A DNA stretch of 64,000 nt from Haliotis rubra (lineage: Eukaryota). Shown here in pieces: positions 22,501 to 34,636 of the stretch (position 1 is the first letter of the stretch; each line of letters starts with the position of its first letter). Made by a program: the position numbers and the translations under genes. Under the pieces are notes generated by a model that did no database searches, was not told where the DNA came from, and worked only from the letters and a program-made list of their open reading frames with translations. Where the stretch lies: positions 1,116,001 through 1,180,000 of the forward strand of contig NW_025766983.1 in assembly GCF_003918875.1 (NCBI RefSeq). The letters run 5' to 3'.

Positions 22501-24596
22501 TGACGAGCCAACGCCTTATCCACTAGGCTACCCCGGCACCAATTTCAGAATATGAACGTCAACAAACTCGATATATGACTAATAGGGATGATAGCCCACC
22601 TTAGTGCCATACTCGTCACCTTCCGCTGGTGCTTGAGTGTCGGCGTGTAGTCCGAGAACTGGATGCCCTTCTGACCACAGGTCATCGCTGCAACTGCGAG
22701 AATATAAAGTCAGAATTAAACGAAAGTAAAGAATGAGTTTGGATAAATGCTGTTTTGGTCAATGTTCCAGCTCAGTCACTGATGTCAGCGTCCAATAGTT
22801 ACCTGAGTGAGACTGTGGACGAGCTGTGAATGCAGACTGTTGTTTGACGAATGTTTCATCCACGGCCTCTCTGGTGTTCAGATACATGGTGGCAACACGA
22901 CCTGCACACATGGATACAACCATTAGAAATACTTATAGACATTTTCATATCCCCTTAAAATACAATTAAATATTGTTAAATTTTTTTACTATAATACTTA
23001 AGTTTTAAATTATTTTCACATGAGGTTTCATTCCTTTATGACGTGTGTCACTGGTGCGGCAGGATACGCTCATCTTTTCGCGAACAGTGGTATCATCGCA
23101 ATTTGTCGGTGAGGTAGCCTAGTGGTCAGAGCGTTCACTCGTCACGACAAGAACTCGGGTTTGATTCCACACATGGGTATAATATGTGAAGCCAATTTCT
23201 GGTGTCCCCGTTTGATATTGCCCATTGATATACGTATAATGCAAAATCCATATTCAGTCAGAAGTCTTGGGAATATCAAAGGGTTTTGTCGCTTATATTT
23301 ATAGGCATATCCCTTAGTGATGAAAACATACAAGCGACCCATTTGTCCGTGGTCAAATGCGTAAAACGACCCTTTGAACGGTAGTATAATATTATCTTTT
23401 TTTATCAAGCATGGCAGGTTAATCTGGAGTGGAAGCCTCAACTCTTTACTTGTATAAGCACAATCGTGCATATGTGGTACTCACAAACCAAGCATCATTG
23501 TCATGAAAAATGATGGATTCGAACACATTGTGACTGGATTCTGTTCAAAGAGATACATCAATTACGGACACAGAGTATCGCCAGACCACCTGTGTCTCCT
23601 TAGAATGAGTGAAAGATTTTGTTTAAAGCAATTTTTAGCAATATTCCCGCAACATCGCGGCAGGGGTCACCAGAAATGGGCTTCACACATTCTATCCATG
23701 TGGGGAATCGAACCCGGGTCTTTGGCAATCAGACTACTGCACCGATAACATTGATACATTCAAATTCAATGGATACTGTAGCGGACCACAAGCATTTTCA
23801 CCATTATGAGGACGGGTCATTTAAAACATTTTTTCAGATCTGACAATACCTTTGTAAACAGTCATATAGGGTCCAAAATATCTTGCCCAGTCATACAGCG
23901 TCTCGACTGTATCATCCTTTAAATCTGTGAACATAAACAACATGCAATGGTCTGTAAAACTGCTTACTGCTCATCGTTCGTATAGAACTCTCTTACAGCA
24001 GCTACACACGGAATAACTGGCATTACTATAACACACACAATGAAAGACGAACTGTTGCTTGTATTTCTGCTTCACTGTTCCTTCAGTTTGCAATTCATCG
24101 AATGTTATCTGCTTTCTCATGTGGAATTATCTATGTTTGTTTGTTGTTTAACGCCTCACTCAGCAATATTCCAGCATATGGCGGCGGTCTGTAAATAATT
24201 GAGTCTGGACCAGACAACCAAGTGATCAACTGTATGAGCATCGATCTACGCAGCTGGGATACGATGACATGTGTCAACCCAGTCAACAAGTCTGGCCACC
24301 CGATCCCGTTTGTGAGAATGAAGAAAAGAAAAGAACTCAATATCTTCTTATGAATGGACAAAGCCAGCCAAACAACAGTAAGGTCTAAAGGTGCATGTTG
24401 TCTCACCGTGGTCAAACGAAACACGTGGGTAGGTACTATACCTACCTAGAAGACTGCCGAGTAACGGAAGGCCCCTGGGCCCCGGGGGTAGTCGTGGGAA
24501 AGGACGGGTCCACCACAGGGTGAACAGCCCGGCCGTGATGCCGATGATGGCACATTGATACATCTGGGACAACTCGGAGAAAGCTGCTAATAGCAT
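16543..24596 (-). CDS. Cytochrome P450, clan 2 (CYP17A1-like), 10 exons, 500 aa (CYP-A)
   Basis: Exons 24596-24446, 23924-23850, 22901-22803, 22693-22600, 21999-21838, 21010-20802, 20216-20091, 19568-19464, 19122-18988, 16889-16543; all GT-AG, 1503 nt, open. N-terminal TM plus PPGP hinge, ESMR (ExxR), KPERF, FSVGRRACLG heme motif; I-helix AGNDPV. Confidence 0.93.
17221..18680 (-). mobile_element. 5'-truncated L2/CR1-clade LINE (RT and C-terminal domain) in CYP-A intron 9
   Basis: NFRPVSNL, QSAYR, LDLSAAFDT, GVPQGSVLGP, FADD, LKLNDDKTE, HITPV/LHWLP; (TTA)n tail at ~17221-17235; single frameshift at the T4 run 17654-17657. Confidence 0.93.
19678..19835 (-). mobile_element. SINE family A
   Basis: Same head, body and tail motifs as 11701-11868, more diverged. 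Confidence 0.8.
20311..20462 (-). mobile_element. SINE family A
   Basis: Family motifs including A and B boxes. Confidence 0.85.
21010..21140. repeat. 41-bp tandem repeat x3 overlapping the acceptor of CYP-A exon 6
   Basis: CCTACAATCAACAT(G/T)AC(A/G)T(C/A)ATGA(C/A)AACTGTTGCACAC(A/G)GA units start at 21010, 21051 and 21092. Confidence 0.85.
21146..21298 (-). mobile_element. SINE family A
   Basis: Family motifs. Confidence 0.8.
22055..22147. repeat. (CTA/CTG)n trinucleotide microsatellite
   Basis: Direct reading. Confidence 0.85.
22383..22541 (-). mobile_element. SINE family A with 14-bp TSD
   Basis: TSD ATTTCAGAATATGA at 22369-22382 and 22542-22555. Confidence 0.9.
23105..23240 (+). mobile_element. 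SINE family A, partial
   Basis: GGTAGCCTAGTGGTCAGAGCG..CACATGGGTATAAT..TTTCTGGTGTCCCC. Confidence 0.8.
23606..23745 (-). mobile_element. SINE family A
   Basis: Family motifs. Confidence 0.75.
24133..24312 (-). mobile_element. SINE family B, 5'-truncated
   Basis: Reverse complement of the family B body with (AAAC)n tail. Confidence 0.8.
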
Positions 24597-24942
24597 GTTG
24601 TCGGGTTTAAATCACTTCAGCATCAATTGCCCATGCAGGTGATCTGTGAAACAGAATGACACATCTCATAGCAAAACCATTTTGAATGCATTCAACTAAA
24701 TGCCTCCCTGAAAATTAATCTGTTATCCATGCAACACGTGCCCCTGCACACGAAGGGTAGTTACCTCTGAAAATATACACTAAAATATACATTATAGAAT
24801 GACCTACCTTTTCATGCTGTGAATGTGCCATGTTAAATAAGCATATTAAGAAGAAATGAGAGTGTTGGAAACCGTCTTTGGAGTAGCATACCTCGGTCTA
24901 TCCGTTGTTCAAGATAACCAAATTGTCAAAATTTGATCATAC

Positions 24943-25245
24943 TGTCACCCATGTTGTTGTTGGGACAACAGTGTATTCTTCTGTTATATGGGGAGGTCGT
25001 TGTTGGGACAACAGTGTATTCATCTGTTATATAGGAGGTTCAGTGTGTATGTCACCCATGTTGGTGTTGGGACAACAGTGTATTCATCTGTTATATAGGA
25101 GGTTCAGTGCGTATGTCACCCATGTTGGTGTTGGGACAACAGTGTATTCATCTGTTATATAGGAGGTTCAGTGTGTATGTCACCCATGTTGGTGTTGGGA
25201 CAACAGTGTATTCATCTGTTATATAGGAGGTTCAGTGTGTATCAC
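24943..25245. repeat. 64-bp minisatellite, ~4.5 copies
   Basis: GTCACCCATGTTGGTGTTGGGACAACAGTGTATTCATCTGTTATATAGGAGGTTCAGTGTGTAT units at 25051, 25115 and 25179. Confidence 0.9.
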
Positions 25246-25328
25246 ACCTTTGTAACTGAAAATAACCCTAATTCATAAAGTAAAACGAACATGCTTTTAC
25301 AACGTTGATCCAGTTATATACACATAAA

Positions 25329-25502
25329 AGGCGATGGGTAGCCTAGTGGTTAAAACGTTCGTTCGTAACGCCGAAGACCCGGGTTCGATTCCCCACATGG
25401 GTACAATGTGTGAAGCCCATTTCTGGTGTCCCTTGCCTTGATGTTGTCTGAATATTGCTAAAAGCGGCGTAAAATCCAACTCACTCACTCACTCACGCAC
25501 TC
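25329..25502 (+). mobile_element. SINE family A, full length
   Basis: A-box TAGCCTAGTGG, B-box GGTTCGATTCC, (ACTC)n tail. Confidence 0.92.
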
Positions 25503-25774
25503 AATGTAAAACATACGAGTCAATTCATCTAGTCCTCTTTATTTCTTGTTCAGGTGGGAAAATCAGTGACAGTGAATTGGCTATTTCGGGAGTCATTAAA
25601 CCATATGAGATCATTGATATACCTGAGGGTCACGTTACACGTCTTGGTCAAGGTATACGTCGTTTCAACGTTCTCTACCCGAGCTGAAAATCCGATTAAT
25701 AGGCATAAAGAAACAGATCAGTATGAAAGGGAGCACAATGCATTCTGCCATTACAGTGACAGTCACTAAACTGG

Positions 25775-26024
25775 AGACCCACAGAGACCCGGTTAGGCAT
25801 GATCTTCAGTAACCCATGCTTGTCGTAAGAGGCGAATAACGGGATCGGGTGGTCAGGCTCGCTGACTTGGTTGACACGTGTCATCGGTTCCCAATTGCTA
25901 AGATCGATGATATGTTCATGTTGTTCATCACTGGATCGTCTGGTCCAGACTAAATTATTTACAGACCGTCGCAATATTGCTGGAATATTGCTGAGTGCGG
26001 CGTAAAACTAAACTCACTCACTCA
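25775..26024 (+). mobile_element. SINE family B
   Basis: TGCTTGTCGTAAGAGGCGA core and shared tail. Confidence 0.88.
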
Positions 26025-26286
26025 CTTTTGTGGATACCCAATACCCGGGAACAGAACAAATATTGCGGATTCATTGTTCGTGACCATGATGATATTAGGG
26101 GATTTTACGTAAGCTTTCCCGACATGATGCGTATTTCGAGACGAGTGGACTGAATCCGTGTGCGAAATACGCCTCATGTCGGGAAGATAACGTAAAATCT
26201 CCAAACCATCATCATCGTCGTCCTGAATGAAACTTGAAGTTAACGTCATCGCGGTGTCACAGTAATGCTATGTAGGTATAAGTGGT

Positions 26287-26441
26287 GTGAGTGAGTGAGT
26301 TTAGTTTTACGCCTCTTTTAGCAATATTCCAGCAATATCACGGCGGGAACACAAGAAATGAGCGTCACCATGTGGGGGAATCGAACGTGGGGCTTCGGCG
26401 TGATGAGCGAACGCTTTAACAACTAGTCTACCCCACCGCCC
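26287..26441 (-). mobile_element. SINE family A
   Basis: Family motifs. Confidence 0.85.
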
Positions 26442-29172
26442 ATCTATGTTGATAGTAACCTTCAATGGTAAAGCCCCTAAATGAAGCTAATGTAGATTTC
26501 CTCGGGTTCGGGATCTGAATCTCTCAACTCACTGGGGCCCCTTTTCAACTTAAATGAGTTTATTTGTTACTATTAAAATAATATAGGCTAAGCGTTCGTC
26601 TAGTCCTGCTTCAGACTTCAAGATACTCGAATACTGTTGAAGTTCAAAATGTTACTGGAGCAAATTACACAACGGTATTTTGATCAAACCAAAATGGTTA
26701 TCGTGTATAAAGGTTAACAGTTATCTGTCTGGCATGTATCAGAGACAACAATGTATCGATTGTGTACACTTCACTTGTAATGTATAAATAGAGCATAGAT
26801 GAAAACAAATTAAGAATTTTCTACCGGTGCCAATGAAATTATATTACCAAGTGACAAGAAATCCTTTAAACATAACATAACATAACATAACATTATTTTA
26901 CAATAAAATACCAAGCAATAAGTCACAAAGATATAGCTATACATTTCACATACCTTTCCCAATATAAACCTCTGCATATATCACGACTGAGCAAGACGTG
27001 CTTCGTTGGACACTGACATCACCTGTATGTATACGCTGAACCAGCAACCTACCCTATCCTGTTAGTTCTAATGCCTGGGGGTAGCCCGGAACTGCGCTCC
27101 CCAAGCCATGATATTTTACCACTCGTGAAATAGACCCTTTGTTGTGTCAGCCATATTTACATCCGATAAGAAATGTACCATATCCCTCACAACTCATAAA
27201 ACAATTTGTCCTCGGGGAAATGGTCGATCTTACGTAACTTCAGCTGCACAAACAACGACGCGAGTCTACCACTAAAATAAAAGCGACTCCGTCATTTCCA
27301 TATTAGTATAAAATATTTGCTGAAAAGGGAGATGTATATCATGAGCCTGCTATTATTAATCCTTATCATACAGTAATGTCAGCGAAAATAACAGCGTTTA
27401 TTGCCCAGTTAAAGGGCAAACGCAACTGTTATGCATTCAATTATATATAACCATTTAATGTAGTTTAGGTACACACCAATAATTATATGAATGCTGTATT
27501 TATTTATCAAAATGTAATGCATCCAGATCAAAAGTAGAACGAATTTCAGCAAGTGGTGGTACCGTATATAAGTAATGACGTTTCTAATAATAAAGAGATA
27601 CTTAAGTCTTTTTACTAAATATTATCTAAACGGTGTCACAAAAAAAACTTAAATCGTGTAAGATTAAATGTATATTGAACAGTAGGTAGCGGTTTCTGGG
27701 GCTGTTCGTTTTGTGCACAGTGTGTACACTGTTTTCCTGTTTTCGTTATCGTCCAGTGACTTCCGCGTGTGAAGATATATCGTCATCAGCACTTGTCATA
27801 TGTGCTGTTTCCATAAAGCTAGACTTTATACAACGTTACGGCAGCGTTTACACACTCGTGTACACCGGTGACCTTGCGCTACCCTCGGGCTATATACCGA
27901 CACACATTGGTGAACCTGTTGTCTCAGGGATCGGATACTGTCACACGTAACCACGTGACATGCATTGAAACTGAGAGCAAAAACCGGTTTAGTCCGTGCT
28001 TTCTGACTGTTTGAAGAAAATGGAATCTTTGAAACCAAACACATATATTTTAACACCACACACACACACACACAAACACACACATACATATATTTATTGT
28101 AAATTTTAAAACTCCCAAGTCGGTACACAGTAAACTTTGAAACGTACATCCATGATATCTAAAATCCTGTATAATTTCTGCAGTCGTTAAGCCGGCATTA
28201 ATTCTTAGCATTATCGAACTTTGTGTGCAGATACTAGATACACTGACGAGCAAAAGTAACCACCCATGTTTGTTGATGGGACACTGAAGCCAACAAATAG
28301 CTGTAATTCAGTGGATTTATTTTAAGGAGTGACATAGTTGTGTTCGGATATTGAGTCCACAGTGCCTCGGGGACTGTTTTCAGCCGAGGAACGTTTTCGT
28401 GGTGGCTATAATTTTCGTCTAATCCAATTTTCACGTGTAAATTTTCTTTTGCGTGCCAATTTACGTAAGTAGACAGAAACAATAATAGCGTATTTCATAA
28501 TGTACTTTTGTACAATGTATGTTTATTATGCAGACAAATATGACCATGGTATTATTACATAGTATTAAAACATTTCAGAACAAAAAGAGAATATTCATTC
28601 AAACCGACGTACGTGTTTTTATCCTTGTCATGCGTATTACGAAAACAACCAGCGTACTGTCGCTGAATTCGCCGACGCAGTAATAGGCAGAGCTACTTGT
28701 AGAGCACGAACTGTCTTTTCTAAATTTAGGATGTATATGTATGTTATATAAGGAGCATATATATGTACAACAGCTCTTGGTTGGCAGTCAAGGATATCCT
28801 CGGGTAGAAGCGCTCCCTTTTGGAACATACTTGATAATAGCGATAGAATATAAAAGACTGTGTTTATGAAACACTCATATCAAGGATTCGAAATCTGACC
28901 ATATATCCACATTTTAGTCTTGAATGTGAGTGGCGAGTAGCAGGCTATGATGACCCTTTTGCCTAACAGCTGGTGTTATCGCCTGTTTTCGTTTATCCAT
29001 CAACACAATTTTCACAGTTATTTTGCCTTTTATTGCGGAAGATAATTATCCTCTGGATTTTACGTGAATGAAACATATTTCATATGGAATGTCCTTAGGT
29101 ATACACATAACTACATGCAAATATAAATTAATAAATCGATGTTACAATTTACAAGTATCACTTATACAGTAT

Positions 29173-29173
29173 A

Positions 29174-29205
<32 letters not shown>

Positions 29206-29231
29206 CACACACGCACACACACACACACACA
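29173..29231. repeat. (CGCA)n(CA)n compound microsatellite
   Basis: Direct reading. Confidence 0.9.
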
Positions 29232-30659
29232 TTATCGATATTTTACATACTTACATCGCTACTTTTGAATAAATTCTTACATCGCACGTGTTATGGTATA
29301 AATGTTACCTGAACGTAAATACAAATAATAGAACATCATTATATTGTGACACTTTTAAGTATGTAATTGAAAGTATTCGCACCGTATGTCTTGAGAATAT
29401 ATTTCACTTAAACAATGAGTATGTGATGAGATGAAAACGTGTTGTATTATATCAGTGTAAATATATGAATAAAATCAGTTAATGAGTCATGGTTATATCG
29501 TTTTACATCTTTGATGTATACAGTATATATGACATGCATGTATACAGACAGCGTACGTCTTTGGTATGTTTTACAGTGAAATGAAATTTAAGCGTGTTGT
29601 ATTACAGGGGGTATAAACAGGGATCGACACTATATAACGTGTTGTAGATTATCCCTGGTATAAATTAATAATTCCTGTTGTCAGAATAGTTCTAGTTATG
29701 AACAAAACCTAACACAACATTTACTCTTGAAAAAGTCAAAACTGGGCTCGGGTTATGACTTAGAGTTTGGTTTAAGTTGGGGAACAGATATTCGTCAGAA
29801 TAGAATACCTTGAAGTCAAAAGCTGTTGATGACTGCTTGTAACAGATATTCGTCAACACCTGACCTGATGACCCTACATTCACCGTGACCCAGGACATTG
29901 CTAGCTTTTCGGTCACGTGATGTCGGAACCTGTCCGCCTGAACACACGTAGCACCTCAATGCTCATATTCAATGCATACACACAGTGTACAATACAATAA
30001 GCGCAGTAGATAGGAACGGTGTATATCGAACAATGTCACTTACTAGTGCGAATTTAGAGTTGTCTCCTCTTCCGTCTACAGCCGCATGCCTATCTCCTCA
30101 GGTGAAATGTACAATTTGTGTCGCTGTTGACATGCTGTGAGCGCCCCGTACCGTGACGAGGGGAACAACTGGGGCCCTATTTGGGTTCTTTCACGAGTGA
30201 CGGAGAATCACGCTTAATTGAACCAATGAAATTAGCATCTGAGGAGAAACGTGCCAGTCGAAAGATGATCTGTGTCAAGGTGATAACTTCTGTACCTCAT
30301 TTTCTGTGTTGATTAACCCCGGAGGCCCTGTAGAGGTTATGTCAAACGTGTTTATTTCAAGAGTTGACAAATACGAAGGGTAATTTATTGGGTGTGCCAT
30401 AAATGTAGAGCAGGTATACTTATACAAATACTGTTGGAAGTTTTACAATGGGGTAATGTAATGTGTAATGTCCACGTGGTGAAGACTACGGCTGAGTCCG
30501 GGAGCTACGTGTAATTCAATCTGTTTCGGGAGATCGGGGTTGTGCCGATTTTGTCTAATGCACCGCAATACGTTGTGCTTTCTTTGGGCTCTCCAGAAAC
30601 GTTGAAAGTACGCTTGCACTCTGTGTCGTCCCGACAAGTACCAAGCCCTGTAACACACC

Positions 30660-32600
30660 GGTACAACACAATAACAATACCACACCAGTACAGTACCATG
30701 ACAGTACCACGCCAGTACAGTACCATGACAGTACCACGTTAGTACAATACCATGACAGTACCACACCAGTACAATACCATGACTGTACCACACCAGTACA
30801 ATACCATGACAGTACCACACCAGTACAGTACCATGACAGTACCACGCCAGTACAGTACCATGACAGTACCACACCAATACAATACCATGACGGTACCACA
30901 CCAGTACAGTACCATGACAGTACCACACCAGTACAGTACCATGACAGTACCACGCCAGTACAATACCATGACGGTACCACACCAATACAGTACCATGACA
31001 GTACCGTGCCAGGACAGTACCATGACAGTACCACACCAGTACAATACCATGACAGTACCACACCTGTACAAAACCATGACAGTGCCAGACCACTACAATA
31101 CTATGACAGTACCACGCCAGTACAATACCATGACAGTACCACACCTGTACTATACCATGACACTACCACGACAGTACCACACCAGTACAATACCATGACA
31201 GTACCACACCAGTACAATACCATGACAGTACCACGCCAGTACAATACCATGACAGTACCCACCTGTGTACAATACCATGACAGTACCACACCAGTACAAT
31301 ACCATGAAACCAGTACTATACCAGTACAGTACCATGACAGTACCACACCAGTACAATACCATGACAGTACCACACCAATACAATACCATCATGACAGTAC
31401 CACACCAGTACAATACCATGACAGTACCACACCAGTACAATACCATGACAGTACCACACCTGTACAATACCATGACAGTACCACGCCAGTACAATACCAT
31501 GACAGTACCACACCAGTACAATACCATGACAGTACCACACCAGTACAATACCATGACAGTACCACACCAGTACAATACCATGACAGTACCACACCTGTAC
31601 AATACCATGACAGTACCACGCCCATACAAATCCATGAAAGCACCACGCCAATACCATGACAGTACCACGCCTGTACATTACCATGAAATCACCACGCCAA
31701 ATACAATAACATGACAGTACCACGCCAATACAATACCATGACAGTACCACACCAGTACAATACCATGACAGTACCACACCAGTACAATACCATGACAGTA
31801 CCACACCTGTACAATACCATGAAAGTACCACACCTGTACTATACCATGACAGTACCACGCCAGTACAATACCATGACAGTACCACACCTGTACAATACCA
31901 TGACAGTACCACACCAGTACAATACCATGAAAGTACCACACCAGTACAATACCATGACAGTACCACGCCAGTACAATACCATGACTAGTACCACACCAGA
32001 ACCACATACCATGACAGTACCGCAACACTACAATCAGTTGACGAGACAACACCTGTACAATTCCCATGACAATACCTCACCAGTACCACAATACCAATGA
32101 CAGTACCACACCTGTACAATACCATGACCATTACCACTACTGTAAAATACCATGACATAACCTCACCTCCACAATACCATGGCAGTACCACACCTGTACA
32201 ATACCATGACCAGTACCACACCTGTTCAATACAATGACATAACCTCATCTCAACAATACCATGACAGTACCACACCTGTACAATACCATGGCAGTACCAC
32301 ACCTGTACAATACCATGACATAACCTCACCTCCACAATACCATGACAGTACCACACCTGTACAATACCATGACCAGTACCACACCTGTACAATACCATGA
32401 CAGTACCACACCTGTACAATACCATGACAGTACCACACCTGTACAATACCATGACCAGTACCACACCTGTATAATCCCATGACATAACCTCACCTCCACA
32501 ATACCATGGCAGTACCACACCTGTACAATACCATGACAATACCACACCTGTACAATACCATGACATAACCACACCAGTACAATAATATGACCAGTACCAT
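30660..32600. repeat. 27-bp satellite (CAGTACCACACCWGTACAATACCATGA)n, ~1.9 kb
   Basis: Direct reading; source of the many MTVPHQYNT and WYCHGIVLV pseudo-ORFs. Confidence 0.97.
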
Positions 32601-33418
32601 TCAAGAACCACACAGGTACAAAAAAAGTACTGCAACACCACCTCAGTGAAGTGAGCCAACACTTGATTCTTTCCCAGCAAAAGTTAATTTACCATGGCAT
32701 GACAGATTGGTCATGTGAAAGTCATGAACGTGTATTCTGTTACGTGGCGCTCTCCACGCTGACTCACCAACACTCACCCAGACCGTCATTTCAGCAGAGG
32801 TCGAGACAACACAGAGTTTATGGTGACCTGGAAGTGTTTTGTGAAGATATACGCGCCTGGCTGACTTGGCTTTTACCTGAGTTCGGTATACCCGACCTTC
32901 GTGCCCGACAAAAGCCGATCCCACCAACCCGGCTTTAGACGAGCTAGTTCGTTCATCATGTCAAGGGGAATCGTTTCTCCTCCAAACAGCCTCCGGTTGT
33001 ATGTGGTCAGCAAAGGCTGTCTTTGCAAAACATTATCATGAACTCTCAGTTTCAGAAATTACGTTAATTTGTAAATGTAATCAATGTGTAGATCATTGTA
33101 GGTACGTGCGTGTGTCAATGCGTGCGTATTAGGGGAAGGGTGTGCGTGCTTGCGCGCGCGTGTGTGTGTGTGTGTGAGAGAGAGGGGTGTTCATACGTGT
33201 ACACAAATACAAAATTTCTACTGTTGATCTTGAACTAGTGCTTCAATATGTTTTGTATTCCTTCTTCGTTTATTGGTGTTGTTCCAGTAAATTTATGACA
33301 AGCAGAACTATTATATATATCAGGGGAACATTTGTTTGTTAAATAAATGTTGGATTTTTTATCTGCACCCTTAACTATTGACCCGTAAAATGATTCGCTC
33401 CCTCGTGAGCGACAGTCA

Positions 33419-33536
33419 GGTCACGTGATCACCCTCAGTCTATATTTATACTCGGTTTTGTTTGTGTCGGTCCGTGTCTCACGGTAGCTGATACCTCGAA
33501 ACATACAGAAGCGGATCTATCTTCATAATCGTAAGT
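33419..33536 (+). promoter_or_regulatory. Candidate CYP-B promoter and non-coding first exon
   Basis: E-box GTCACGTGAT at ~33420, TATA-like TATATTTATA at 33441, consensus donor GTAAGT at 33531; acceptor TTTCAATTTAG just upstream of the ATG at 34637. Confidence 0.4.
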
Positions 33537-34636
33537 TCCCGTCATTTCTCAGCTATTCGATTTGTTTGTCTTGTGAATACTAACCAACCCCACAGAATAT
33601 CTCAGGGATATTTTCACTGCACCAGGTGACACAGTTAGTATCTTGTCGGTGCATTTGACTTTCCAGTCGCCATGCCTACTTACATTCAAATTTTCATGTC
33701 AACTCTGGTATATCTCACTCAGTGAATGTAGGATGTCGTTTAGACGGAGGTTTGGGCGATATCAATTGCCCGTGAACTATTTGCTTGAGGGTCTAAACTG
33801 GTGGCTTACGTCGACTTTTGTCATTTGTAACTTAAGCACGACACGTTACATGTTAACAGGCGCAGTGTATGCGTGCGCGTGTGCGTGTGCGTGTGTGTGC
33901 GTGTATTAAAATTTCAAGGTTTATATTTCAGATATTATCAATTTTGGCTATGTACGTTCTCTGGAGGACGCCCCACTCACTGTTAATGCCACATGTTATA
34001 GGTATAAGAATTTAACCGGGGCTGTCTTGAATCAAACAAAAATCATCAAATTATTAATTTTAATTTATTGTTTAACGAAATTTCGTACATTAGCTGCAAT
34101 TCATTGCTACAATCGAGTCTGACCCTCTCTATAGGAAAAATGGCTTTCATTTGGAACAATTCAGAAGGTGATGAAAGTATTCATTGGAAAACATTTACTC
34201 TAGTAACCAGCCTATAACACACGATAGTTCGTCGAAAAGCCCTTCTCGAAAACGCTTCAATATTTTCCAACGAAAATTGGCAGACATACCAAGCAGATCC
34301 TGAAGCAGTGCCTTTTACTATTTGCGGACTTTTGGGCATTTACTTATTAAACTGTGCCATACCAAGACCAGGTTGTCAAGTTATGGCTTTTGCTATTTGG
34401 GGATTTGTTGAATTTATATATCTTCAGTTTCCATGGCAAGGACTTCCAAATCTCAGTTACATAGTATTTTTTATATAGCTCATACTATTCTTGCATTCGG
34501 ATAGAAATATTAGATAGATCTTCACAGGACTCTCACCAAGGTTGAATTACAGTAATAGTCAGATGATATATTCGTTCGTCTGTACAAGGGATTTGTCTTC
34601 CTCTGGTGACTCTTGTTTTCAATTTAGTCAAACATC

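Noticed and set aside
24943-25245. Regularly spaced repeats as a CRISPR-like array (also 47780-48130 and 42345-43030)
   Set aside because: Head-to-tail tandem units with no unique spacers, no cas genes, eukaryotic context.
25329-25400. tRNA-like sequences with A and B boxes (also 43219-43290 and others)
   Set aside because: They run directly into SINE bodies and tails, often with TSDs; these are SINE heads, not tRNA genes.
28239-28637. Possible Tc1-type MITE starting TACACTGACGAGCAAAAG
   Set aside because: The right end matches too poorly to define TIRs.
30443-32680. Many overlapping Cys/His/Trp-rich ORFs (also at 50.4-52.2 kb)
   Set aside because: Products of the 27-bp satellite, open in several frames on both strands.
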